From contig JAOAJC010000003.1 of NCBI GenBank assembly GCA_026414385.1, positions 1 to 56,392 on the forward strand: a stretch of 56,392 bases of DNA, given 5' to 3'. The position numbers and the translations under genes were made by a program. Below are positions 44,489 through 54,471 of this stretch, piece after piece (position 1 is the stretch's first letter; every line of letters begins with the position of its first letter). The DNA is from Candidatus Pacearchaeota archaeon. Its GTDB lineage: Archaea; Nanobdellota; Nanobdellia; Pacearchaeales; GW2011-AR1. Below the pieces are notes generated by a model. That model ran no database searches. It saw only the letters and a list, made by a program, of their open reading frames with translations, and had not been told where the DNA came from.

Positions 44489-47400
44489 AATAATAATATC
44501 CTTAATAGGTTGTATAATGCTATTTAGTTTGACATCTGCTTTTCTTATTTCTGATCAAGGAACAAGTGTTCGGGAGAAATCAACTGGAAATCTTCTTTCT
44601 AATGGTAAATTAACAATCTTGATTTATGATTCTGCCGAAAATGGCAATCTGATATTTGAACAGGAAATAGAAAATGCAATTATTAATGGTTCTTGGAATT
44701 TAGTTATAAATCCAAATTTGGAATATGGTAAAAAATATTGGAAAGATTATAAAATAAATGAGGAGGATGTTGATTTTGACGGAAACGAGAGAATTGAGTT
44801 TCAATCGAGTGCGGGAAGAATAAATGATATATCATTTATTAATTTTTCATTGATAGCAAAATGCGAAGAGGGAAGTTCTATAAGAGTTATTTATGAAAAT
44901 GGAAGTGTTTTGTGTGAAGATGATAGTATCGGCGAGAGCGATATTGAACTAACAAACTATGCGTTGAAAAACCAATCTGAGAGGTTCAATGGAAATATAA
45001 CTGCTGAAGGCGGATTTTTTGATTTTCTCGGAAATTTAGTTTCAAGAATAAAAAAATTATTTGTTGAAGAAATAGATGTTTCAAAGAATGTCAATGTTAT
45101 TGGAAATGTAAGCGCGTCTTATTTTATTGGCGATGGTAGATTTATCAGTAATTTGCCAGCTGGAAATGAGAGTGATCCTATATGGGCAAGCGAAAAAGAA
45201 AACTATTTAAACAAAACAACAATATTGGCGTTTGGCTATTATAATGCAACAGATTTTGTTATAACAGATTATTTCACAAAGAACGAAGTTATTGGACTTA
45301 ATTATTTCAATAAAACAAATTTCCCATACACTCATTTGAGTAATTTTACAAATGACTTGGAAATTGAAAAATATAATGATAGCTGGATAAATCAAACATT
45401 TTATAATAAGAATGAAATTATCGCATTTAATTATTATAATGCATCTGATTTTAATATTGGGAACTATTTCACAAAGCTTGAAATTTTAGGATTTGAGTAT
45501 TATAATGCATCCGACTTTGCTATATCTGACTATTATAATAAAACAGAGATTGAAAATTTGATAAATTCAATAGAAAAATATAATGACGGATGGATAAACC
45601 AAACTTTTTTCACAAAGAACGAGATTATTAGTTTTGGCTATTATAACATAACTCATTTTAATATAAGCAATTATTATTCAAAATCAGAAATCTATAACAA
45701 ATTAGAAGTTTACAATAAGAGTGAAATAGAGGAATTTGGATATATTAATGAGACAATTGCAGGTTCAAACATAACAATTAGCAAGGTTGGAAATTCTAGG
45801 ACTATTGGAATAAACATTACATCGTTAAAAGATTATTTTGATAAAATCTATCAAACAATAGGAGAATACCCAACGATTAATGAAATTGTCCGGCAAATCG
45901 GCAATTGGAGCGCTGATAAACAAAATTATTACAACAAAACAGAGATTGATGAAATTGGCTTTTTGAAAAATGAGAGTGATCCTATTTTCATGAATGTAAA
46001 TAGTTCTTTGTGGAGTTCAATAAATTTGAAATTGAACGAAAATGATCAGAGATATAACGAGACAATATTAGTATTGAGCGTAAATAAGACATCAAATATA
46101 ATGAGTTTGGGATTCTATAACAAGACAGAAGTTAATAATTTAATTTTAAGTTCTACGAATTTAAGCTTTAATCAAAGTTTAACGGATATGCTATATTATC
46201 CTATAACAAATCCGAGAGAGTTTGTTAATAGAACAGAGGTATCTGCATACAATGATAGTTCCTTGATATTGGTTGTAAATAGTTCTTTGTGGGGCTATAT
46301 TGTATTAAATGAGAATTCTTGGAATTCTGTGTTTAATGTTAGCTATGATTCAAAAGCAGGAACAGGAAATTGTCCGTCCGGAAAATTTGTTGTTAATGTT
46401 ACGAAAAATGGTGTCGAGTGCTTGCCAGTTAGCATAAGTGAGAGTGATCCTGTGTTCATGAATGAAAATGCTTCTCTATGGGCAGAAGCGAGAAACAAAT
46501 TTAATGTGAGTTATAACAATCTATTAAATCAACAATGCCTGGGTGGAAAAGCAGTTAATGGGACGTTGGCAAATGGCACATTAAGCTGTGTGGAGGTTAT
46601 AAATTATGAGAGCGATCCTTTCTGGAAAGCGAATTTTAGCAATATGCAAAATGATTGTCCTATCGGAAACTATGCATATGGTGTTTTTGGAAATGGCAGC
46701 TTGAAATGTAGAACTGATGTTTCTGGAAATAATGAAACAGATCCTTTATGGACTGCAAATTATTCTTTGATGGAGATGACATTTAACGTTAATAGAAGCA
46801 ATTATTGGGGTAATTTAAACACGATTAATTCAACACAAATGCAAAACAATAACGGAATTTTAACGATTATTGAGGGGTGGGTTATCTCTTTATTTAATAA
46901 TTTATTCGGAACAAAAACAACTGACAATTTAAGCGAAGGAATAACAAACAAATATGACAATAGAAGTTGGAATGAGAGCAGAGCAAATAATTTATATGCT
47001 GAAAAGAAATGGGAATATAACCAGACAGAAGCAGCGAATCAATACACCAATATAAGAGTCGCGGTTGATAATTTACACAAACACAATATTTTAAACATAA
47101 CCGGGATTGATAGCAATGCTTGTTCTGGAACAGAAAAAGTGAGGAATGTTAGTCTTGTAAATGGAGACTTACAAATTGAGTGCGGGGTTGATGAAACACT
47201 TAACAACGCGCAGACATCTGTTTGGGAAATTTCACAAGAATTTTTAACAGCGTCTGCCTCTGTTTTTGATCCGTTTTTGGGAACAGCACTTTCTTCAGGA
47301 ACAATAGCAACGCAAACATCAACATCAACAAGATTTGGAATAGCAAGATTATTTGATAGCACTACTGCAAATGGTGGATATAGGATAATGACAGATACCT

Positions 47401-47882
47401 CATCATTTTTATTGGCTGGAAATGAGACAGCAATATTTATATGGAGACATTTGGCAGGAAGAACAACTTCTTCCTATAGATTGGGGTGGCAAGATAGCAC
47501 TACTATAAACACTGCCCCGACTGATGGTTGTTGGTTTGAGATTAATAGTACTGGCGCAGATAATAACAACACCCTAACAGGAAGATGCAGGAATAATGCT
47601 GGGCCAACAATAACTGCAACATCATTTACGCTTGTTCCTAATGAGTGGTATAAAGGAGTTATTACGATAAATTCCGGAGCAACAATAGTTAATTTTACGT
47701 TATATAATGATACAAGCCAACAAATAATTTGGAGTGGAATAGTAAATGCAAATATTCCAAATACTGCTGGAAGAGAAACAGGATTCGGGATTATTGCTGG
47801 AGAGACAACGACAGACGCAGCTGCTGGAATTTTGGACATAGATTATATGAGATTGATAGTAAATAGAACAATAACAAGATAA
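44478..47882 (+). CDS. Giant secreted surface protein, tail-fibre-like and repeat-rich, with a very high N-glycosylation sequon density and a C-terminal jelly-roll-like domain
   Basis: Track start 44469 is GTG; ATG is at 44478. Signal peptide IIISLIGCIMLFSLTSA. YFIGDGRFISNL motif, YYNxSDF repeats, five E(S/T)DP modules, about 59 N-x-S/T sequons (manual count). Confidence 0.85.
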   Translation: MKNKIIISLIGCIMLFSLTSAFLISDQGTSVREKSTGNLLSNGKLTILIYDSAENGNLIFEQEIENAIINGSWNLVINPNLEYGKKYWKDYKINEEDVDFDGNERIEFQSSAGRINDISFINFSLIAKCEEGSSIRVIYENGSVLCEDDSIGESDIELTNYALKNQSERFNGNITAEGGFFDFLGNLVSRIKKLFVEEIDVSKNVNVIGNVSASYFIGDGRFISNLPAGNESDPIWASEKENYLNKTTILAFGYYNATDFVITDYFTKNEVIGLNYFNKTNFPYTHLSNFTNDLEIEKYNDSWINQTFYNKNEIIAFNYYNASDFNIGNYFTKLEILGFEYYNASDFAISDYYNKTEIENLINSIEKYNDGWINQTFFTKNEIISFGYYNITHFNISNYYSKSEIYNKLEVYNKSEIEEFGYINETIAGSNITISKVGNSRTIGINITSLKDYFDKIYQTIGEYPTINEIVRQIGNWSADKQNYYNKTEIDEIGFLKNESDPIFMNVNSSLWSSINLKLNENDQRYNETILVLSVNKTSNIMSLGFYNKTEVNNLILSSTNLSFNQSLTDMLYYPITNPREFVNRTEVSAYNDSSLILVVNSSLWGYIVLNENSWNSVFNVSYDSKAGTGNCPSGKFVVNVTKNGVECLPVSISESDPVFMNENASLWAEARNKFNVSYNNLLNQQCLGGKAVNGTLANGTLSCVEVINYESDPFWKANFSNMQNDCPIGNYAYGVFGNGSLKCRTDVSGNNETDPLWTANYSLMEMTFNVNRSNYWGNLNTINSTQMQNNNGILTIIEGWVISLFNNLFGTKTTDNLSEGITNKYDNRSWNESRANNLYAEKKWEYNQTEAANQYTNIRVAVDNLHKHNILNITGIDSNACSGTEKVRNVSLVNGDLQIECGVDETLNNAQTSVWEISQEFLTASASVFDPFLGTALSSGTIATQTSTSTRFGIARLFDSTTANGGYRIMTDTSSFLLAGNETAIFIWRHLAGRTTSSYRLGWQDSTTINTAPTDGCWFEINSTGADNNNTLTGRCRNNAGPTITATSFTLVPNEWYKGVITINSGATIVNFTLYNDTSQQIIWSGIVNANIPNTAGRETGFGIIAGETTTDAAAGILDIDYMRLIVNRTITR

Positions 47883-47919
47883 TTATAATTTGAAGAGAGG
47901 GGACAAAAAATTTAATAAA

Positions 47920-49386
47920 ATGGAGTTGCAAAAGATTAATTTGTGCTTAATTTTATTAGTGGTTAATCTCATTCTCTTGATTCAACCAGTTTATGCGATA
48001 AGTGCAAATTCTGATAGTTATTTGGTTGGTTCGTTTGGTGGCGGAGTTGTTTCTGGCGGATTTTCGTCTGAAAGTTATGATGGAATTATGTTATCAGAAG
48101 TAAAAGGAACGACAAGAAATGCTGAATCTAATTCATTGTTAGCAAACATAGGATTTTTTGAAAAAATAAGCCATAAGAAAACAGTTAACATAATTTCTTA
48201 TTCAATCTCAAAAAAGAAAGTTATAATTGGTTATAGTGTTGGATTATACATTAGTGCATTGAATGCTCAATCTGTTTGGGCAAAAATAGAATTCCCAAAT
48301 AAAGAACGGCAAATAATTAATCTTGTTAATGGGGAAACAATAAATTATCTTCCAACCCCGACTATTATTGGAAAATATAAAGTAATTTTCTATGCAAATT
48401 CTTCTGCTGGAGATGTTGTTAGTGTTGTTGATTATTTTGAAGTGATAGAAAAAGAAGAACAAAGCAGCGGTGGAGGCTCTTCTGGTGGCGGTGAAACAAA
48501 GACAATTGTAGAAATAAAAGAGTGTTCTTATAATTGGGAATGCACTCCTTGGAGCACTTGCTTTAATGGAAAACAGATAAGAACTTGCAAAAACACAGGA
48601 ACATGTAAAGGGAATGAGAGTAAGCCAATAGAAATAATGCAGTGTTCAGAGGCTTTGTTTGATGTGATTTTAAGAATGGACAAAATAAACATTTCTGAAA
48701 AAGGAAAAATAAGATTTGTCGTTGATTTAATAGAGAAAAAGGGAAGTGAAAAAATTGATGTACATATAAAATATTCTTTAATAAATAGTTCTGAATACGA
48801 GGTATTTAGCCAGATTGAGACAATTGCGTTAGAAAAGAATTTGTCTTATGAAAAAGAAATTGAAATGAATTTAAATGATGGGCTTTATGTTTTAAGAATT
48901 GATGTTCTATATGGGAATTTACAGAGGGCTTTTGCTGAGAGAAAAATAGAGATTGGGTGGGATGAAAAACTGCAAATTAGAGACATTCATGGATTTTCGT
49001 ACATAGATAACATATCTAAAAAAATAAATCACAAAAAAGGATGTCTGGCGATAATTATTTTTGCGTTAATGATAGTCATAATGTATTTAATATCGAACTG
49101 GGAAAATATAAAAACAAAATTAATGAGAATGCAAAATAAAAAGTTCAATGCTAATAGAGTTATTGGATTAATAAACAAGAAAGTCTATGATTCGTCAGGA
49201 GTTTATATTGGCAAAGTTAAAGAAGTTTTTCTTGAAAAAAACAAAATAGGAAGTTTAAAGATATTAGTGGACAAGAAACACAATTTGAATATCGCAGGCA
49301 TAATAAGTAAATGGAAAGATGTTGTTGCAATAAAAGAGATTGTTATTATAAGTGATAAAATATTAAATGAAATAAAGAATAAATAA
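47920..49386 (+). CDS. Single-pass membrane protein: signal peptide, ectodomain with a TSP1-like Cys knot, TM segment, cytoplasmic PRC-barrel-like domain
   Basis: Track start 47890 is TTG; ATG is at 47920. G/S linker SSGGGSSGGG, then ECSYNWECTPWSTCFNGKQIRTCKNTGTC. TM segment CLAIIIFALMIVIMYLI. C-terminal VIGLINKKVYDSSGVYIGKVKEVFL. Confidence 0.78.
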   Translation: MELQKINLCLILLVVNLILLIQPVYAISANSDSYLVGSFGGGVVSGGFSSESYDGIMLSEVKGTTRNAESNSLLANIGFFEKISHKKTVNIISYSISKKKVIIGYSVGLYISALNAQSVWAKIEFPNKERQIINLVNGETINYLPTPTIIGKYKVIFYANSSAGDVVSVVDYFEVIEKEEQSSGGGSSGGGETKTIVEIKECSYNWECTPWSTCFNGKQIRTCKNTGTCKGNESKPIEIMQCSEALFDVILRMDKINISEKGKIRFVVDLIEKKGSEKIDVHIKYSLINSSEYEVFSQIETIALEKNLSYEKEIEMNLNDGLYVLRIDVLYGNLQRAFAERKIEIGWDEKLQIRDIHGFSYIDNISKKINHKKGCLAIIIFALMIVIMYLISNWENIKTKLMRMQNKKFNANRVIGLINKKVYDSSGVYIGKVKEVFLEKNKIGSLKILVDKKHNLNIAGIISKWKDVVAIKEIVIISDKILNEIKNK

Positions 49387-49438
49387 ATTGAAAAGTGAAA
49401 AACATAAAATATAAAAAAGATAAGATTTAGTTATTAAA

Positions 49439-49819
49439 ATGAGTAAAAAATTTGGTAAGATAATAAGAAAAAAAATAATTGCGATAGCAATAGTTGTTTT
49501 AATAGTTTGTGTTGTTATCGTAGGGTATTTTTGGAAAAATAATGTTGGCGGTTGTTCAATTGACGAAACAAACAAAGAAGAATTCGCAAAATATTTAACG
49601 GAAAAAGGGATAAAGATGTATGGTTCTGCTTTTTGTGGATATTGTAAAAAACAAAAGGAGTTGTTTGGAGAGGCATTCAAATATATTGATTATACAGAGT
49701 GCACGGAAAATAGAGAACTATGCAAAGATTTGGTTGGTGTGCCGGCTTGGAAAATAAACGGAGAGATTTATTACGGCACAAAAACATTAAGTGAATTGAA
49801 GGCTCTTGTTGGTTGTTAA
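49439..49819 (+). CDS. Membrane-anchored thioredoxin-like protein of the type fused to bacterial VKOR
   Basis: N-terminal TM segment IIAIAIVVLIVCVVIVGYFW, then MYGSAFCGYCKKQKELFG...YTEC...C...VPAWKINGEIYYG. Antisense ORF 49363..49680 is judged spurious. Confidence 0.75.
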   Translation: MSKKFGKIIRKKIIAIAIVVLIVCVVIVGYFWKNNVGGCSIDETNKEEFAKYLTEKGIKMYGSAFCGYCKKQKELFGEAFKYIDYTECTENRELCKDLVGVPAWKINGEIYYGTKTLSELKALVGC

Positions 49820-49899
49820 TTTTTTCGTTGAAAACATTGGTTTAGAAATAAGATTGGGGTTGGATAGAGACAAAAGATAAACAAGAACAAAAAGATAAT

Positions 49900-49907
49900 T
49901 TTATATA
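49900..49907 (+). promoter_or_regulatory. TATA box TTTATATA
   Basis: Starts 29 nt upstream of ATG 49929. Confidence 0.5.
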
Positions 49908-49928
49908 AGATTTGAAAGTATTTTTGAC

Positions 49929-51065
49929 ATGGGAAAAGAAAAGAACGTTATCTATTTGGACAATTCTGCGACAACAAAAACAGATGAAAAAGTTGTTGAA
50001 GAGATGAAAAAATATTTTGTTGAAGAATATGGAAATCCGTCCTCGTTGCATGAAGTTGGAGAGAGGGCAAGGAAAGCAATTGATTTTGCAAGAGAGAAAA
50101 TTGCAAAATCAATAAACGCAAAAAGTTATGAGATTTATTTTACATCTGGGGGAACAGAAGACAACAATATAGCAATACAAGGAATTATTAATGCAAATAA
50201 AAATAAAGATAAAAATAAAATAATAACAACTAAAATTGAACACCCGTCAATAACAAAAGTTTGTGAAGAGATGAAAGCGAGAGGGTATGAGATTATTGAG
50301 ATAGGAGTTAATAAAGAAGGGATTATTAATTTAGAAGAATTGGAGAAAAAAATTGATGATAAAACGCTTTTGGTAAGTATAATGCATGTGAATAATGAGA
50401 TAGGAACAATACAACCAATAGAAGAAATAGGAAAAATATGCAAAGAAAAAGAGGTTTTATTCCACAGCGATGCCGTGCAATCGTTTGGAAAATTGGACAT
50501 TGACATTAGAAAAATGAATGTTGATCTATTATCTAGTTCTGGACATAAGATAAATGGGCCAAAGGGAATAGGGTTTCTTTTTGTAAGAGAGGGAGTAAAT
50601 ATAAAACCAATTGTTTATGGCGGGCAACAAGAAAGAGGACTAAGAAGCGGAACTGAAAATGTGCCTGGAATAATGGGATTCGCAAAAGCTTGTGAGATAA
50701 TTAGTGGAACTAATAAAGAAAAGATAAAGAAATTAAGAGATAAGTTAATGTTTGGCTTAGAAAAAATTGGCGGGAAGATAAACGGTTCAAAAGAAAAAAG
50801 AATTTATAATAACATTAATGTTTCTTTTTCTGGAATAGACTCTGAAATGCTTGTTTTGTTTTTATCAAAAGAGAGAATAATGGTTTCTACTGGGAGTGCG
50901 TGCGAGAGCAAGAAAAAAGAAGAAAATAGAGTGTTAAAAGCAATTGGATTAAATGAAAAAGAGGCGAGAGGAACAATAAGAATTGTGCTTGGAAAAGAGA
51001 CGAGCGAGAAAGATATTGATTATGCATTGAAAAAAATTGAGGATGGGGTGAAGAGATTAAAATAG
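49929..51065 (+). CDS. nifS: Cysteine desulfurase (NifS/IscS class V aminotransferase)
   Basis: YLDNSATT, SSGHKINGPKG (PLP lysine), STGSACES (active-site Cys loop). Confidence 0.92.
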   Translation: MGKEKNVIYLDNSATTKTDEKVVEEMKKYFVEEYGNPSSLHEVGERARKAIDFAREKIAKSINAKSYEIYFTSGGTEDNNIAIQGIINANKNKDKNKIITTKIEHPSITKVCEEMKARGYEIIEIGVNKEGIINLEELEKKIDDKTLLVSIMHVNNEIGTIQPIEEIGKICKEKEVLFHSDAVQSFGKLDIDIRKMNVDLLSSSGHKINGPKGIGFLFVREGVNIKPIVYGGQQERGLRSGTENVPGIMGFAKACEIISGTNKEKIKKLRDKLMFGLEKIGGKINGSKEKRIYNNINVSFSGIDSEMLVLFLSKERIMVSTGSACESKKKEENRVLKAIGLNEKEARGTIRIVLGKETSEKDIDYALKKIEDGVKRLK

Positions 51066-51107
51066 TGATTGGAAAGGTTTAAAAAATAATTTCTATTTGA
51101 TAGGTTA

Positions 51108-51842
51108 ATGAAACCGCAAATCCAAATTACATTAATAATAACTATTGCTGTTCTTTTATTGGCTGGGGGAATAGGATACATTTACATAAAAACAACTACT
51201 TTAGAAAACACAATAAGTGTAAATGGAGAGGCGATATTAAAAGCAAAGCCTGATGTTTTAACGATTTATTTTAATATTGAGACAAAGGGAAATAGCGCAC
51301 AAGAAGCGAAAGACAATAATGCTAAAATTGTTAATAACATAATAGAAAAAATAACAAAAGATTTGATAGAAAAAGAAAAGATATCAACTGAGAATTATAA
51401 CATTTATGAAGATTATATTTGGGAAAATAACAAACAAAAGTTTGTTGGATACAAAGCAAGTTACAATATGAAAATAGAACTTAATTCCTCTGAAATTGAG
51501 AAAGCTGGAAAGATTATTGACATTGGCGTGAATGAAGGAGCAAAATTAAGTTATATAAATTTTGAGTTGAGCAAAAAGAAAGAAAATGAATATAAGGCAA
51601 AGGCTTTAGAAGAGGCTAGTAAAGATGCAAGGATAAAGGCAGATTCAATTTCTGCTGGATTGGGAAAGAAAGTTAAAGAAATAAAGAGCATCTCTGCATT
51701 AGAATTCAATTATTATCCTTGGAGAGTTTATGAATCTTCTGTTGGAGATGGCGTTGTCGTTGCGAAAGAGAGTTTAACAAACATTTTGCCTAGTGAGAGA
51801 GAAATTAACGCAAGAGTTAACATTGTGTTTTCTATAAAATAA
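51108..51842 (+). CDS. SIMPL/DUF541-family protein with an N-terminal membrane anchor
   Basis: ISVNGEAILKAKPDVLTIYFNIETKG and the overall SIMPL pattern. TTTAAAAA lies 30 nt upstream. Confidence 0.75.
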   Translation: MKPQIQITLIITIAVLLLAGGIGYIYIKTTTLENTISVNGEAILKAKPDVLTIYFNIETKGNSAQEAKDNNAKIVNNIIEKITKDLIEKEKISTENYNIYEDYIWENNKQKFVGYKASYNMKIELNSSEIEKAGKIIDIGVNEGAKLSYINFELSKKKENEYKAKALEEASKDARIKADSISAGLGKKVKEIKSISALEFNYYPWRVYESSVGDGVVVAKESLTNILPSEREINARVNIVFSIK

Positions 51843-51982
51843 AAACAAAATTTTAAAGATTATTATTGAAAAGGAACAACATAAAAAATTTCTTGTTTTA
51901 TCGACGGAAAAAAATGAAGAACGAGAATGTTTAAATAATAAATTTTATCAAGAAAATTAAAATATTTAAAAAAAGAGGGATT

Positions 51983-54331
51983 ATGAGAGCTGAGGAAAAA
52001 ATAAATAACGCCATACAGAAAATAGAGATTGACGATTTTGGAATTAAAGACAAAAACAAATTGAATTTCTGGATATCAATGGTTGAGAAATATGATTATA
52101 ATAAAATTATTTCTATTTGTTTGAGGGCTGGAACAACGCACGAGATTGCAGAGAGAATTGCTAGTGAAATTGATAGCGGGTTAAGCGATGAAGACAGAGA
52201 AACAATATCAATGTCTGCTGTTAGAAAATTAATTTTTGCATTGTTATATAAATATGATTGGGCTGCTGCGAAGAGATTTAAGACAGACGAGATATACATA
52301 AGAACGAGTTCTGAAAAATTTGAGATATTTGATAGAAGTAAAATTTCAAGGTCTTTGATAAAAGAGACGGGTATAAACGAAGAACAAGCTGATGGAATCG
52401 CGATGGATGTTGAAAAGTTTTTAAAAAATTTAAATTTGACTTACATATCGTCACAATTAATAAGAGAGATAGTTAATGTTAAACTTCTTGAATATGGGTT
52501 AGAAGATGCGAGAAAAAAATATACGAGAATAGGGCTACCAATCTATGACATTGAACAGATGATATCAAGGGGTGTTTCAACAGACATAAAAAGAGAGAAT
52601 GCGAATTTACAACATACACCTGAGACAATAAATTGGATAATATCTGGGGAGACATTAGAACAATATGCTGCGCTAAAATTATTCCCGCAAAATTTAATGG
52701 ATCCACACATATCTGGAGATTATCATATTCACATTCTTTCTAATGCTGCTACAAGGCCAAATTGCATACAACATGTTCCTGCATTGTTTTTTAGATATGG
52801 ATTAAAAGTTGATGGAACAGGAACACATACTTCTGTTGCAGGGCCTGCAAAGCATTTGAGCGTAGCGATACAACATTGTGCGAAAATAATGCTTTCTGCA
52901 CAGACACAAATGGCTGGTGGGCAGAGTATTGATTGTTTTAATGTTTGGCTTGCTCCTTTTGTAAGAGGATTAACAGATGAACAAATAAGGCAAGCTGCTC
53001 AAGAATTTATTTATGAGTTAAATCAGAGTTATGTAGCGAGAGGCGGACAAGTTGTATTTAGCAGTGCTAATTTTGAGTTTGGAATTCCAGAATGGCTAAA
53101 AAACGTTCCTGCAATAGGGCCTGGTGGTAAAGAAATGGGGGTTTATGGAGATTATGAAGAAGAAAGCATAAAACTTTTGAGAGAATATGTTAAAATAAAA
53201 TTGAAAGGAGATTATACAGGAAAACAACATATGTGGCCAAATGATATTTTCAAAATAAGAAAAGGGGTTTTTGAGAAATATCCGGAAGAAATGAAACTAA
53301 TACATGAATACATTGCGAAATATGGAACACCATACATTGCAAACGGAATTCCTGAATGGCAGACGGAAAATTTCAATTATATGGGGTGCAGAACGAGATT
53401 AGATAGTTGTTATGCTGGGCCTTGGGGAACACAGAGAACTGGAAATGATATTTATATAACACTTAATTTACCAAGAATTGCTTATGAATCAAAAGGAAAT
53501 GACAATAAATTTTTTGAATTATTAAACAAGAGATTAACAAAAATGGCTGAAATATTATTGATAAAGCACAAAATTACAGATAATCTGCTCCATGTGCAGA
53601 ATTTGTTAAGATTTTTATCACAAAAAATTGGAAATGAGGAATATTATAATTTTATGAACACAACAAAGACATTTGGATATGTTGGATTGACAGAAGCAGT
53701 TAAATTCCATACTGGGAATCATTTGCATGAGAGCAGAGATAGCCAAGAGTTTGGATTAAAAATAATAAAGAGAATGAGAGAGTATTGTGCAGAGTGCAAT
53801 AAAAATTATGGGTTGAGATTTTCGCTTATTGCCTCTCCTGCTGAAACTTGTGCTGCGAGACTTGTTAAATTAGATATGGCAAGATTTGGAAGAAATGTAA
53901 TATTTTCTGGAACAAAAGATGCTCCTTATTATACAAATAGCCATATGGTTAAGATGGATTCAAACATATCAATTGGAGAGAAAATAAGGATAGAACAAGA
54001 TTATCATCCATTAACAAATGGTGGACATATTATGCATGTTTGGCTTGGAGAGCAAAGTCCATCAAGTGAGAGCTTATTAGAGATGACTAAAAAAATATGC
54101 AAAACAAATATTGGATTCTTTGCATATACAAGAGATTTTAGTGTTTGTAATAGTTGTTTAAATTTTGAGTATGGATTAAGAAATAAGTGTTCAAATTGCG
54201 GAAGCGATGATTTAAGCAGATATAGCAGAATAACAGGGTATTATCAAAAAGTTGAGGGATGGAATTCTTCAAAGAAACAGGAACTAAAAGACAGATTTAG
54301 ATATAATATCAGCGAGTGTGGTTGTGATTGA
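51983..54331 (+). CDS. nrdD: Anaerobic ribonucleoside-triphosphate reductase (class III)
   Basis: N-terminal ATP-cone (IYIRTSSEKFEIFDRSKISRSL), C-terminal Zn ribbon CNSC...CSNCGS and glycyl-radical motif SRITGYY. Confidence 0.92.
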   Translation: MRAEEKINNAIQKIEIDDFGIKDKNKLNFWISMVEKYDYNKIISICLRAGTTHEIAERIASEIDSGLSDEDRETISMSAVRKLIFALLYKYDWAAAKRFKTDEIYIRTSSEKFEIFDRSKISRSLIKETGINEEQADGIAMDVEKFLKNLNLTYISSQLIREIVNVKLLEYGLEDARKKYTRIGLPIYDIEQMISRGVSTDIKRENANLQHTPETINWIISGETLEQYAALKLFPQNLMDPHISGDYHIHILSNAATRPNCIQHVPALFFRYGLKVDGTGTHTSVAGPAKHLSVAIQHCAKIMLSAQTQMAGGQSIDCFNVWLAPFVRGLTDEQIRQAAQEFIYELNQSYVARGGQVVFSSANFEFGIPEWLKNVPAIGPGGKEMGVYGDYEEESIKLLREYVKIKLKGDYTGKQHMWPNDIFKIRKGVFEKYPEEMKLIHEYIAKYGTPYIANGIPEWQTENFNYMGCRTRLDSCYAGPWGTQRTGNDIYITLNLPRIAYESKGNDNKFFELLNKRLTKMAEILLIKHKITDNLLHVQNLLRFLSQKIGNEEYYNFMNTTKTFGYVGLTEAVKFHTGNHLHESRDSQEFGLKIIKRMREYCAECNKNYGLRFSLIASPAETCAARLVKLDMARFGRNVIFSGTKDAPYYTNSHMVKMDSNISIGEKIRIEQDYHPLTNGGHIMHVWLGEQSPSSESLLEMTKKICKTNIGFFAYTRDFSVCNSCLNFEYGLRNKCSNCGSDDLSRYSRITGYYQKVEGWNSSKKQELKDRFRYNISECGCD

Positions 54332-54471
54332 TTTTTAGATATCTAATATTGATAATGCGATTTTGAATTGAGATGAAATAAAAAAAGATAGAGAAATATT
54401 AGATGTAAAATAAATATCGCATAACAAGGGAGTTTATAAGCCAAACTAAATTAAAATTATAGAGAAGAAAG

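Noticed and set aside
47039-47839. Track ORFs 47039..47362 and 47474..47839 (-)
   Set aside because: They are antisense inside the 3.4-kb surface protein gene and open only because that gene is locally GC-richer and stop-poor on the reverse strand.
49363-49680. Track ORF 49363..49680 (-)
   Set aside because: It overlaps the + strand Trx-like gene, which has a clear CxxC thioredoxin pattern. The minus-strand translation is F/I/L-rich with no motif.
1164-54331. Inteins in RtcB, thermosome, PpsA or NrdD
   Set aside because: Lengths are normal for intein-free proteins, and the catalytic motifs are contiguous. The extra length in PpsA is a C-terminal low-complexity tail, not an internal insertion.
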